Virus record (IMG/VR): IMGVR_UViG_3300002485_000004
Coordinates: 6,563 to 70,562 of that record
DNA from: a virus
Taxonomy: Duplodnaviria; Caudoviricetes
Direction: 5' to 3' (one strand)
DNA: 64,000 nt
Position 1 is the first letter of the stretch. The number at the start of each line of letters is the position of its first letter. Positions 48,263 through 58,189 of this stretch are shown here, one piece after another. A model generated the notes under the pieces. It was given only the letters and a program-made list of their open reading frames with translations. It had not been told where the DNA came from and made no database searches. The position numbers were made by a program, and so were the translations under genes.

Positions 48263-49491
48263 AGCTCCCGCTGTCTAACGCCCGCTGGATGCGGCAGCTG
48301 ATGCGCATCAGCACCGATGTGCTGGGCAAGCTCCCATCTCGTGATGACGGGGTGCTGACCACCGCCATCAAGTGCCTGGCCGTGTACGACTCAATCTGCA
48401 AGTTCGTGGGCACCCGTGGAGAAGGCTCACTCCCGGCCTTCATTGCTGCAATAGGTGGAGAGGAATCGATGGCGAACCCACACTTCGTCCATTTGTTCTT
48501 CTCCACCGCTGTAGGCGACGGGTTCAAGGTAAGCAGAGCCCCCTACGACGAGCACACCAACGTGGTGGTAGCTGAAGGAGCGGGCGGCTCCATGTTCTTC
48601 GTGGAGTGGCGCTGGGGCGCGGTGCCCGACAGGTCGGAAACCGTGTGGTTCACCCGAGGATTCAACTTCGCCAACGTGATGAACTACGTGTGGGACCAGT
48701 TCGGGCAGGCAATACACGTCGACTTCAAAGAGACCCGTAACGGGCTGTCAGCTTGCTACGGGGAGGTGTGCAGGGAAGACTTTGAGCTGAGCGGGGCATC
48801 AGCCACGCGCTTCGAGAAGTTCATCTCCAGGCATCGAGAATACGAGCGTGACGGGGTCACAAGAACCTACCTGTTCGTAGGTCCCCAAGGCGTAGGCAAA
48901 ACCACGTTCGCACTGCGCGCTGCTCGAGTACTGGGCGGCAGGATACTACGCCTGAACGCCAGAGGGCTGTCTGAGCTCCGCGCGGATGAGCTCAACTTCC
49001 TACTGAGCAACCTGCGCCCCAAGTTCTTCGTGGTGGACGACCTGGACAAGGTCGACGTCAGCGCCTCGATGCCCAAGCTGCTGCAGGTACTGGCCGAGCT
49101 CAAAGCCAAGCACCCGAAGCTGGTGACGTTCCTCACTGCTAACAAGGCGACGTTCGATTCGTCGATGACGCGCCCAGGAAGGGTGGACGAGATCATCGAG
49201 TTCTCAGCGCCTGATGAGAAGGAGCGCATGGAGCTGCTCATCAAGTTCACAGGCTCTAAGCAAAAACCAGCCCTTCGCACATTGGCCAAGGCATCCGATG
49301 GGCTTACCGCGGCCTACTTGAAGGAGATAGCCCTGCAACTCTCATACAGGAGCCTAAGCGAGGTTGCTGAGCTAGTGAAGCGGATGACCGATGCGTGCTC
49401 CAACGCCGCAAGCAGCAACGAGAAGAAGTCGGACGAACCGCCGACGCTAGAGAACACCAAGATGGTGAGAAAGGTGAAAGGTCAGGTATGA
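48259..49491 (+). CDS. AAA+ ATPase
   Basis: Walker A GPQGVGKT; Walker B FVVDDLD; sensor TAN; RPGRVD arginine finger. Confidence 0.88.
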   Translation: MKLPLSNARWMRQLMRISTDVLGKLPSRDDGVLTTAIKCLAVYDSICKFVGTRGEGSLPAFIAAIGGEESMANPHFVHLFFSTAVGDGFKVSRAPYDEHTNVVVAEGAGGSMFFVEWRWGAVPDRSETVWFTRGFNFANVMNYVWDQFGQAIHVDFKETRNGLSACYGEVCREDFELSGASATRFEKFISRHREYERDGVTRTYLFVGPQGVGKTTFALRAARVLGGRILRLNARGLSELRADELNFLLSNLRPKFFVVDDLDKVDVSASMPKLLQVLAELKAKHPKLVTFLTANKATFDSSMTRPGRVDEIIEFSAPDEKERMELLIKFTGSKQKPALRTLAKASDGLTAAYLKEIALQLSYRSLSEVAELVKRMTDACSNAASSNEKKSDEPPTLENTKMVRKVKGQV

Positions 49492-49965
49492 CCAAGAAGA
49501 AGGCACGAGCAACGAAGACAAGGCGGCACTGGACCAAGTACGTGTTGCCCTTCGGGCCGTGCCAATCGGGGCTTGAGGCAGGGCAAAAGACGAAGACGAT
49601 CGAGGAGTTCTGGAACACCTGTGAGGAGGGCGCCTGGTTGTTCTGGCTGTGGCTGGTGGTTGCGTTCCGCTGCAAAGAGTACTGCGAGGACCTAACCTGG
49701 GTCTCCAGAAAGGATCAGCTGCGTCGAGGCGGCTGCCGTTGCGCATCCTGTATGCGCCCAGTGGTGTACAACCATGAGCGGAACGTCAGCCCAGCAGAGT
49801 GGGTGAGGTCCTCGCAGTACATCAACCCGAGCATGATCCGAAGGTTGTTCAAACCGCCACCTCTCGAAGAGCTGAAGAAGGCTTGCCACAGAGCTCAAGC
49901 CTGGGAGCGTAGAAACCGCTTATTGCGGGCATAACAACTTCGAAGGCCACAACAGGAGGCTCATC

Positions 49966-51756
49966 ATGACGGACAACAACGAGAATCTTCCCCGCATCTA
50001 CCTCGCCGGACCGGATGTCTTTCACCCCAAGGCACGGGAGCGTGGGGATGAACTCAAGAAGAAGCTCGCGGAGTTTGGGCTGCAAGGTGTCTACCCTCTC
50101 GACGCGCTGTATCCGGAGGAGTCCACCAAGCTGCAGGTGGGCTACTCGATCTACAAGAAGAACATCGAACTGTTAAAGAGCTGCGTGGGGGTGTTGGCCA
50201 ACATCACCCCCTTCCGTAGCCCATCGGCCGACGTCGGCACCGCGTTCGAGATGGGGTACGCCACCTCCATGGGCATCCCGATCGTGTGCTACACGTTTGA
50301 CATCCGCAAGTACAAGGCGCGTGTATCTCAGGATGGGAACGCGATCGAGGACTTCGACATGGTGGACAACCTGATGCTGCACGGGGCTACATCAGGAGAC
50401 ATCTACGATGCGGAGATGCTCAGCAGCGCTCTCCTAGTGCTCAAGAAGAAGGTGCTCTCCTTCCTGGGTACCAGGGGACCCGCGGCGAAGCGCATGGAGG
50501 AGCTGAGAACAGAGCTGGAGCTAGAGAAAGCTCGCATGCACGCGGTGAGCTCTGAGCTCTTCGGGGACCCAAAGCTGAACCCGGAGAACAGCAACGACCC
50601 TCGATGGTCTGCGGCGCTGCAGCGTGCGGCCACCCTACGTGAGCAGAGGGACAGACTCGCCAAGCAGAACGGCGAGGACGATATGAACCTCCGCATGGAC
50701 AAGATCGACCTCAACACTGCGAGGATCACCATCGACCGTCTGCAAAGCGAGAATGCTCAGCTGCATCTGCGGGTGAACGGGTTGAGGGAGGAACTCGACC
50801 GCTTGAACGCCGACTACGAGGTCTGCAAGGACGAGCGGGATAGGCGAAGGATCGCTGCCCACCGTGCTGGCAGGGATGATGCGCTCATCCCCGACCCCTC
50901 CAGCTGGAAGAACAGCGAAGGCCACACTTGCGGGCTGCTCCTACGGTGGTTTGATGGCAGCGGCAACCCGCGCACTGTTATTGCGGACCACTCTGCTGTG
51001 CGGGCTTGGCTCGCCCATGTGTCGAAAGAGAACCGCGAAGCGGCGCTGCGGGACTACATCCCCTCCCAGAAGCAGGCCGACACCTGGATGCAGGAGAGGG
51101 ATGAGCTCATCGCCAGAGACCAGCGCGCAGAGCGCCTCATCGAGAGATACTCGAAGCATCTCGATACGGTGCTGAGGCTGGCGAGCGGAATACCGGTCGC
51201 CCAGGAGGAGAATGAGCACGCGTCCGTCCACGCGCTTCGACAACTGCTCGACAAGACCAACAAGCTGGAGGCTGACGCCGAGCGCCCCTGGCAATCGGTT
51301 GAGTCCACTCAGAGAGCAAAGGCCAATGAAGAGGACTTGTCCCGCATCCTCGACCTCGCCTCTGGGTGTCAGGTTCCAAAGGCGCCCGTGGAACATGCTG
51401 CAGTGGTCGCCGTGCGCAACATGATCACCAGGAACAACATCGACCTGGACGACAGAGCCATCACCATCAATACCCTGCGCGATCAGGCGGAGGCGCAGCA
51501 CAAGAAACTGGAGGAACTGAAGGCGCAGAAGAGGGCCGACATCGTGTTCGGCACCTTCGAGTGGGCCATCCTGCAGCTGATGAGGCGTCACGCCGTCCGG
51601 CGCGCTGAGTGGTTTCCTGGAGTCAGGGTGGAGAAGAGCACTCGGTCCGTTCGCCTCGTGATCCTGCAGATGGGACTCCACGGCGAGGGTGGGGAGGTCA
51701 GAGAATGGTCCCCAAGGGAAGAAGACCTGAAGGCAAAGGACTACATGGCTGCGTAG
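49966..51756 (+). CDS. Nucleoside 2-deoxyribosyltransferase (NDT) domain + coiled coil + C-terminal DUF2829/Tad2-like domain
   Basis: N-terminus IYLAGPDVF...ANITPFRSPSADVGTAFEMGYA; C-terminus FEWAILQL..HAVRRAEW...WSPREEDLKAKDY. Confidence 0.8.
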   Translation: MTDNNENLPRIYLAGPDVFHPKARERGDELKKKLAEFGLQGVYPLDALYPEESTKLQVGYSIYKKNIELLKSCVGVLANITPFRSPSADVGTAFEMGYATSMGIPIVCYTFDIRKYKARVSQDGNAIEDFDMVDNLMLHGATSGDIYDAEMLSSALLVLKKKVLSFLGTRGPAAKRMEELRTELELEKARMHAVSSELFGDPKLNPENSNDPRWSAALQRAATLREQRDRLAKQNGEDDMNLRMDKIDLNTARITIDRLQSENAQLHLRVNGLREELDRLNADYEVCKDERDRRRIAAHRAGRDDALIPDPSSWKNSEGHTCGLLLRWFDGSGNPRTVIADHSAVRAWLAHVSKENREAALRDYIPSQKQADTWMQERDELIARDQRAERLIERYSKHLDTVLRLASGIPVAQEENEHASVHALRQLLDKTNKLEADAERPWQSVESTQRAKANEEDLSRILDLASGCQVPKAPVEHAAVVAVRNMITRNNIDLDDRAITINTLRDQAEAQHKKLEELKAQKRADIVFGTFEWAILQLMRRHAVRRAEWFPGVRVEKSTRSVRLVILQMGLHGEGGEVREWSPREEDLKAKDYMAA

Positions 51757-51798
51757 ACAGGCTCGTCGTCGGGTTGTCATGAAACTGCCCGATGCGAT

Positions 51799-51857
51799 GG
51801 AAGAGGCCCCCAGCGGTATGGGGGCTCCGCGCGCCCACCGCGCGCCCTTCCTTACCC
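51799..51857 (+). terminator. Three-way-junction element
   Basis: GGAAG/CTTCC stem enclosing GGCCCCCA/TGGGGGCT and GCGCG/CGCGC hairpins, then TTACCC. Confidence 0.5.
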
Positions 51858-51946
51858 CCACATTTACGCAGTCAAGCCCATCAGGAAGTTGCAGCCAACT
51901 TCATGGCGTTATCGACTGGCACGCGGCGGCGCGGCATCAATGACCC

Positions 51947-52159
51947 ATGAAGATAGCAAACGGCATCCCTTCAAAGTCCAATGGCACCGCCTCCAGTAGC
52001 TGGTCGCCCCATCAGGTACGAGTCCTCGCTGCCATGGCAGCTGTTGACCCGCGCACTGCAGCAAAGTGGCTAGCCGGCCATCCGGTGACATCGACCTGTG
52101 ACGCACGTCTGAGCGAAGCCAAGCTTCGACTTCTGGGGCGACTAGACTTTCAGCTGTGA
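51947..52159 (+). CDS. Small possible HTH protein
   Basis: VRVLAAMAAVDPRTAAKWLAG. Confidence 0.45.
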   Translation: MKIANGIPSKSNGTASSSWSPHQVRVLAAMAAVDPRTAAKWLAGHPVTSTCDARLSEAKLRLLGRLDFQL

Positions 52160-52171
52160 CACACCAGACCC

Positions 52172-55100
52172 TCAAGGCTGGGGGAGACCAGCCGGTAGAA
52201 CATCGCTGGCTTCTGGGATAGCCAAGCGGTCCCCCACCTCCAGCTCCTCCTGGGCATACTCGAGGTCGACATCCTCGAAGGAGGCGATGAGCTGCTCCTC
52301 CCCAGCATTCAGCTGGGATTGGCGCCCCGTCTTTCTCACGGGCAGCTCCCGGGCCGCAGCCTTCAGGGTTTCCTGCAGCCGGCCCCCGTAGCTGGAGCCG
52401 TCCATGGTCAGCCCAAAGAACTCGCTGAACCTGCCCTCCTCGAGGATGTCCGCTGCCCGGTCCGCTCCCTTGTCCCGGTAGCCCTTCAGGAGCGCGTCCA
52501 CCTGCTCGACGACCTTGGCGGTGTAGACGGCCAGCGCCGCCTCCAGGGAGCCGGCACCGCCCACGAGCGCTGTCTTCAGGTCCTGCAGATGGTTGACCAG
52601 TGCTCCAACCTGTCCCGTGGTGGGCCGCCTAGAGCTGACCACGATGTTCACGGCGGAGTCGAGGGCCCTGAAGAAGCGTAGGAAATCCGCCTCTGGCCTA
52701 CGCGCCCACACCTGCAGCAGGGTGCGCATGTCCCCGAAGTTCTGCACCTTGCTCTTCCTCACCCGCCCAAATGGAACCTGTGAGCCCGCCGTGAACGGGA
52801 TGGAGCTCTGCGGCATGTCAACAGGTGGGTCTACCTTCACCACCTGGAATGAGCTCTCTCCAGCCACCACCGGATGAACGCTGGTGGGAGACAGCGCCCC
52901 CACCGAGTAGAGCTCCAGCACATCCCCCACCTCCACTGGTGGGTTACGCCCCGGCAAGGAGAACCACGGGGTAGAGGCGTAGGCTTCAGCGGTCAACACA
53001 ATCAGCTCATCTGAGCCATCGTCAGGCACTGGGATGAGCGCTGGAGGGTTCTCTACATCCAGCTTGGTGTGCCGCATCTGCAGGTACGAGCTCAGGGTGT
53101 TGTTCAACGACGTGATCACCAGCTGCCGGTAGCCCCACTGCAGCTCGTTCATGAAGATGGGAAGCCCACCGAAGCCAACATGGAGGTTGTAGACCATTGG
53201 CGTGGCCAAGGTGATCAGTCCAGGTGTGGCGCTCGAGTACCTCGCAGCCTCGTACTCACCAGCAACGGGCAGGTCCTCTCCGATGATGACTGTGGAGAAG
53301 TTGTAGTAGATCACCTCAGAGGGCTTCACCGTTTCTACAATCAGAGGCAGCCCATCGATCGCGGGCACCGACGCCGTAGCAATGGTGGCAGACATCGCCA
53401 AGTTGATGAGGTCCACGCTCGTGATGGTGAGCGCCTTGTCGACATCGCCAATGACCTCGGTTTCTCTGATAACCAACGTATCCCCGGCAGCTACATCGCT
53501 CCAGTCATCCGTGTCGCCCAAGCTGAAGATCACGGTGGAGTTGATGACGCCGGGCACGATGCTACTGATGGTGGCCTCGCCGCGCGCCCAGTACACGTAC
53601 AGCTTGGATGAGTCGGCTTGAACCGTCCTTGCTTTGCCAGTGAAGACCGCCGTGAATGGCGCGCTAGCTTGGATGCGGGCAGCACCAAACTCATCCCGTG
53701 AAGTGGGCGATGTATTCACAGCCGCAGCTACATCCACCGCTTTCGACTGTCGAGCCGTGACGGTAGTAGGTTGAAAACCGATGCGGGACAGCCCGTTGGG
53801 AACAACATCGGTGAGCTTGAGCTGCCACATCCCGTTCAGCGCGTTCTCGTAAGTACTGTACGCGGCACCGATGGTGAGCATCTGCAGGCTAGCGTCGCCA
53901 ATCTCTACGGCCACTTCATCACCAACGAACGACGCCCCAGACAGCGACGAGCAGACCATCTCGTAGTTGCCAACTTGGAATGCGGTGACCTGCCACACGG
54001 TCCTGAAGCCAGGGCTGGCACGGTCAATCACGAGGACGTAGTCCCCGACCACAACGCCTTGCTGTACCCAGGTGAGTGGGGCGGGGCTTGGCAGTGGAAG
54101 GTCATCGCTGCCGGGCACCCTGAAGACGATGTCCACGCCAGCTAAAGCATCAGCGATGGTGGTGATGCCACCAAGAAGCCGGATGTACGACTCCAACGAG
54201 GAGCCGGTGTCGTTGTTGATCTCCTCCGCCAGCTCGTACAGCTGATACGTCCCCGGAGTAATGACGACGGTGTCCTCTGGGACAGCGCTGCCCACCAGCT
54301 CCACCTTGAAGGCTACAGCTGGCGGGGCGATGGTCACTGGGTTACGGGCTGCGCCGCTGATGAAGGGCACGAAGCTCGAGGGCATCTGTACCGTTACATC
54401 GACCCGGGTGGACCCGGCGTTGTCGACCACCAGCGCTACGTTCTGATGGCCTTCATAGAAGTTGTAGGGCTCTGGGTACAAGCCCAAGAGCGAGGCTGGA
54501 GTAGCTGGGTGGCTGGAGTTGTAGAACGGGGCGCCAAAACCGGTGAGCCTGGCGAACAGCCCGACGGGGGACAGAGAGCCGAACCCTTTTACGCAAGCTC
54601 GAGCGGCCATCACATCCAGGGTGACCTCACGAATCTTGGCGGTGCGCTGCTCGGGGTTCAGGGCCTCCAGCATCTTGAGATGAGCCTCCAGGACCTTGGC
54701 GCTGTTCTCGATGATGGAGCCGGCCAAGGTAGCGGGCAGGTTCAGGGCTTCATACTCAGCGATGCAGCCCTGAAGGTGTTCCACTCGGCGCAGGACTTCA
54801 TCATGCTGTTCACGAAGGTCCATGGCTTGTTTGCGAAGGCGGGCTTGAGCTTCAGGTGGGGTTTGGGCGATGCCACCGCCGGCTCGTACTTTGACTCCCT
54901 CCTTGGCCAGCCAGTTGGAGGTTCCCTTTTCAAAGCGTCGGTACGCTGGGACATCCTCGATGCTGGAGAAGGCACCCTTCCGCTCCCCTCCTGCGCCTAC
55001 GAGATCGGTGAGCGCAACTCTGGCATTCGCTAAGCCACCCAATCTCTCCACCGGGCCGACGTACCTCGAGGTAGCCATGGCAGTAGAGACCATCTCATCG

Positions 55101-55339
55101 ATGAAGGTAGCCATCGAAGAAACGAGCTCATTCAACCGGTCGGCGGCCAATCGAGCCAAGTAGAAAGGAGCCCCATCAAAACGGCAAAAGATGCCGGCTG
55201 CCGCATCTTGTAGGTCCCCGAAGGAAAGGCTCGTTCTTCTTTGGCCTATTGGGCCATAATCGAAACGAACGGAAGAGCGTACAATCTTCTCGATGGCCTT
55301 GTTCAGCTCGTCGTTGGAGTAGGGCATGTGCGTGCTCAC
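52172..55339 (-). CDS. Large virion structural protein (beta-rich core, helical termini)
   Basis: 1055 aa; V/T/G/S-rich centre typical of tail or baseplate proteins. Confidence 0.65.
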   Translation of the reverse strand: MSTHMPYSNDELNKAIEKIVRSSVRFDYGPIGQRRTSLSFGDLQDAAAGIFCRFDGAPFYLARLAADRLNELVSSMATFIDEMVSTAMATSRYVGPVERLGGLANARVALTDLVGAGGERKGAFSSIEDVPAYRRFEKGTSNWLAKEGVKVRAGGGIAQTPPEAQARLRKQAMDLREQHDEVLRRVEHLQGCIAEYEALNLPATLAGSIIENSAKVLEAHLKMLEALNPEQRTAKIREVTLDVMAARACVKGFGSLSPVGLFARLTGFGAPFYNSSHPATPASLLGLYPEPYNFYEGHQNVALVVDNAGSTRVDVTVQMPSSFVPFISGAARNPVTIAPPAVAFKVELVGSAVPEDTVVITPGTYQLYELAEEINNDTGSSLESYIRLLGGITTIADALAGVDIVFRVPGSDDLPLPSPAPLTWVQQGVVVGDYVLVIDRASPGFRTVWQVTAFQVGNYEMVCSSLSGASFVGDEVAVEIGDASLQMLTIGAAYSTYENALNGMWQLKLTDVVPNGLSRIGFQPTTVTARQSKAVDVAAAVNTSPTSRDEFGAARIQASAPFTAVFTGKARTVQADSSKLYVYWARGEATISSIVPGVINSTVIFSLGDTDDWSDVAAGDTLVIRETEVIGDVDKALTITSVDLINLAMSATIATASVPAIDGLPLIVETVKPSEVIYYNFSTVIIGEDLPVAGEYEAARYSSATPGLITLATPMVYNLHVGFGGLPIFMNELQWGYRQLVITSLNNTLSSYLQMRHTKLDVENPPALIPVPDDGSDELIVLTAEAYASTPWFSLPGRNPPVEVGDVLELYSVGALSPTSVHPVVAGESSFQVVKVDPPVDMPQSSIPFTAGSQVPFGRVRKSKVQNFGDMRTLLQVWARRPEADFLRFFRALDSAVNIVVSSRRPTTGQVGALVNHLQDLKTALVGGAGSLEAALAVYTAKVVEQVDALLKGYRDKGADRAADILEEGRFSEFFGLTMDGSSYGGRLQETLKAAARELPVRKTGRQSQLNAGEEQLIASFEDVDLEYAQEELEVGDRLAIPEASDVLPAGLPQP

Positions 55340-55611
55340 TTCTGGTTATACAGCTCGATGAAGCTCACCCGGGGCTTAGTGCTTTCCTCGAACTGCGTCA
55401 GCTTATCCTTGGCCTGGCTGAGGAGGGTGGAGATATCCTTGAGGAGCTGAAGGTTGGGACTCTCGCCCAGCTTGTACGGCTCGTCGTAGGTGGGTCCGTG
55501 GTAGACGTCGTGCAATGCGCGCTCTAGCTCCCACGCTTTTCCATGCGCGTCTTCCACCGGCCCTTTGAACTCGTGGTAGTACCGGGCGTAGTCCTCCTCG
55601 ATGCTTCGCAT
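55336..55611 (-). CDS. Hypothetical protein
   Basis: Start ATG 55611 with GGAGG SD; its stop overlaps the next start. Confidence 0.6.
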   Translation of the reverse strand: MRSIEEDYARYYHEFKGPVEDAHGKAWELERALHDVYHGPTYDEPYKLGESPNLQLLKDISTLLSQAKDKLTQFEESTKPRVSFIELYNQK

Positions 55612-55672
55612 GGCCTCCAGTGTAGCAAGAGTCAGGGGAATACGGGCATAAAAGTGATGGAGGAACAACAAC

Positions 55673-55939
55673 ATGAACGAAGCACGCTTTACGACGATTA
55701 GTGAACGGCACAGCAGCCTGTTGCGGGACGCGCGCATTGCCGCGGCCAAGGCGCGGATGCAAAAGGACGGGACGCCAGAGGAGAAGGCAGAAGCTGCAGC
55801 TAGAGCAGCGGCCAAGGTGTGGGAGTCCGAGCCCTACCTGCGCGCTGACGTGACGCGGGACATGCTGATCAACTGCTACTGGGTGATCTATCACCTGGGG
55901 AACGACGACGTGTTCTCCCGGGGTGGCTTCCCCTGGTAG
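55673..55939 (+). CDS. Hypothetical protein (single-gene cassette)
   Basis: GGCATAAAAG promoter motif and GGAGG SD. Confidence 0.65.
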   Translation: MNEARFTTISERHSSLLRDARIAAAKARMQKDGTPEEKAEAAARAAAKVWESEPYLRADVTRDMLINCYWVIYHLGNDDVFSRGGFPW

Positions 55940-55979
55940 TTGGCACGGCGTCAGGTCTCCCTCGGGGGACCTTTCGCTA

Positions 55980-56010
55980 GCTGCAAGTTTTGGCCTCGGC
56001 GCGGCATAAA
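55980..56010 (+). promoter_or_regulatory. Phage promoter GCTGCA-N17-GGCATAAA
   Basis: Motif with 17-nt spacing. Confidence 0.6.
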
Positions 56011-56031
56011 AGAAGTGGAGGAACAACAACC

Positions 56032-56619
56032 ATGACCAACAACATCAAGACTACGCTAGTTCTGATCGTGTCCATCATCCTCACGGCCTGTGGCGGGGCA
56101 GTGAGCGCTGACTATGAAGAGACGTATCCCGCTGCCGAGGGCGGTGCCGCTGGTACTGTCACGGTCGGTGAGGCTGGTACTGCTGGCTCACCCGAAGTGG
56201 TGGAGCCTTCGATCTGCGCAGAGGGCGAGAACTACATGCCCCTCATGTGCCGAGGCGAGGAAGGGGAACACCCAGACTGCCATGGCAGAACGGGATGGTT
56301 CGAGCGGTGCTGCACTCTCGGAGTGGGCTGCGTCGAGCTCCCCAGCCCCAGCGAGGGCGGTGCCGGCGGCGCGGACAGCGTCGCCAGCGTCGAGCGCTCC
56401 GTGTGCGTGGTGGCCTGCTTGACCACCATCCGCACCCGGGACGCCACGGGCGCCGTGGCAGCCCCCACGTCCACCTTCGCACTCACGTCGGGCGCCTGCA
56501 ATGGGCCCGATGTGGACGTGTGCGAAGCAAACGCGGATGCACTGGTTCACACCCAGTGCGCTCCAGGCGAGGAGCCTCCGGAGGAAACTCCGGGTTGCTT
56601 GCTCGGGCCACTCTCGTGA
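56032..56619 (+). CDS. Cys-rich lipoprotein
   Basis: Signal peptide with lipobox IILTAC-GG; 12 further Cys residues. Confidence 0.75.
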   Translation: MTNNIKTTLVLIVSIILTACGGAVSADYEETYPAAEGGAAGTVTVGEAGTAGSPEVVEPSICAEGENYMPLMCRGEEGEHPDCHGRTGWFERCCTLGVGCVELPSPSEGGAGGADSVASVERSVCVVACLTTIRTRDATGAVAAPTSTFALTSGACNGPDVDVCEANADALVHTQCAPGEEPPEETPGCLLGPLS

Positions 56620-56674
56620 TGACGGCGCAACCCCTCGGGGTTGTGCAAGGCCCCTCGGGGCCTCATCACTAGCC
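56618..56674 (+). terminator. Three-way-junction + CTAGCC element
   Basis: GATG/CATC stem; CGCAACCC-CTCG-GGGTTGTG, CA linker, AGGCCC-CTCG-GGGCCT. Confidence 0.6.
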
Positions 56675-56899
56675 CTTGTTTGGCTGACATAGCGCGTGCC
56701 CTTTAGCGAAGATGCTGAGCTGTCGCTTAGCTACGCTTCTGGAGCATGCACGCCACTTAGTGGTCGCTCTACACCTACTGCAGGTGAAGGTGGCCATGTA
56801 GCGCTCGTACTCACGAACGAGCTTCATGGTGCACCAAGGGAAGGGGAGGTCTGCGCTGCTGGTCACTGACAAAGTGTAGCGCACGCAGGCATAACAACT

Positions 56900-57489
56900 A
56901 TGAGGGACTACAACCAAGGAGACTTCAACATGGGCATGGAAGAGACGATCAGTTCATTCGCCAATAAGGAAGATGCGTTGATGTGGTTGGTGCGCTCACT
57001 ACCAAGAGACAAAACCGTCACCATCGGGCCTTTGATTAACGCTGCCGAGTGGGTGGCGCTGAACTCAAAAGATGGGTTGCACACCAGCATAGCGTTCATC
57101 AACAAGCGCAATGAGATCGTCGTCGTACTGATGAACGACGCGGGTGAGACCGACGCCCTGGGGAAGTTCTCATGAGCGACAGCATTCACGCGGGGTCCAC
57201 GGTCAACATCGACCGCAGGTTGAAGGGCGAAGCCACCATTGTCCTAGAGGGGCTGACGAAGGTGGAGCAGCAGTACGTGAAGGACACGCTCGGTGCGTTG
57301 CTCGACGATGCGCTCATGGACTTCGTGCGCCGGCGCAGCCCCTCGAGGGAGTACACGAAGCACTATGTGAAAGTGGGCGTATTGCCGCCGGACTTGATCA
57401 ACGAGTACGTGAAGAAGGTGGACCACGACAAGGCACTAGCCGCTTCGGTGGGCGACGTGCTGTTGCACGTCGCCATCTCCTTCAAGTGA
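56900..57489 (+). other. Two hypothetical ORFs (56900-57175, 57172-57489)
   Basis: GGCATAAC motif at 56888. Confidence 0.6.
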
Positions 57490-57490
57490 T

Positions 57491-57563
57491 GACGGGGCCT
57501 TCGGGCCCAGGCCCGTAAGGGGCCCTTCACTAGCCACAAATATCCTAGCCGATTAGGCATAAA
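57491..57563 (+). promoter_or_regulatory. Three-way junction + CTAGCC + promoter GCCACA-N17-GGCATAAA
   Basis: GGCC-TTCG-GGCC, CA linker, GGCCC-GTAAG-GGGCC; -10 motif at 57556. Confidence 0.6.
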
Positions 57564-57580
57564 AGCTGTGGAGGTAGAAC

Positions 57581-58051
57581 ATGAAGACGAGGCAATGGGC
57601 ACACCCATTCGATAGGTCTCTGAAGGATGAGGAGGTACAGGCGCTGGGGAAGGACCCCAATGCAACGTACGGGGTACAACCGTCGTCCGACGCCATCGGC
57701 GGGTACTTCGGCATGGGGTGGGTGTCGTACTTCAAAGATCACGAGACGGGCGAGGTGTACGGGGTGCACTGCTCAGACGGCGTATACGGTGGTAAAGGGT
57801 CCCACCACCCCAAGCACGAGGTGTGGATGCACACCGCCTTCCATACCATCTCCGAGGTGATGTGCGAGAAGGGAGGCAGCGATCTCTCCATGCTGGATTG
57901 GAACCTGATGTCCAACTACACGAAGATGTGGATGGACGTAGGTAAGGCGGCCGGCGAAGCCCCTGGCGTGGTGGGCACATGCAAAGGCATGGAGGTCGTG
58001 GTCAAGGAGGGCATTCCACCGGTGGTTGGTGAGCCACCAAGCATAGCGTGA
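57581..58051 (+). CDS. Hypothetical protein (single-gene cassette)
   Basis: Promoter and GGAGG SD. Confidence 0.65.
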   Translation: MKTRQWAHPFDRSLKDEEVQALGKDPNATYGVQPSSDAIGGYFGMGWVSYFKDHETGEVYGVHCSDGVYGGKGSHHPKHEVWMHTAFHTISEVMCEKGGSDLSMLDWNLMSNYTKMWMDVGKAAGEAPGVVGTCKGMEVVVKEGIPPVVGEPPSIA

Positions 58052-58053
58052 TT

Positions 58054-58128
58054 ACGGCGCCCTGAAGGGCGCAGGGGGCTTCAAGCCCCCGTCACTATCC
58101 ACAAAAACGTGGTGGAATAGGGCATAAA
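58054..58128 (+). promoter_or_regulatory. Three-way junction + CTATCC + promoter TCCACA-N17-GGCATAAA
   Basis: CGCCC-TGAA-GGGCG, CA linker, GGGGC-TTCAA-GCCCC inside an ACG/CGT stem. Confidence 0.6.
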
Positions 58129-58189
58129 AACAATGAAGAAGGGACACGACCTTCCTTAGAAAACCAACAACGTTCTGTGGAGGAACACC

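Noticed and set aside
50941-55033. Long alternative ORFs (50941-51861 minus; 53069-53611 and 54446-55033 plus)
   Set aside because: Antisense shadows of genes with strong GC3 bias; no independent motifs.
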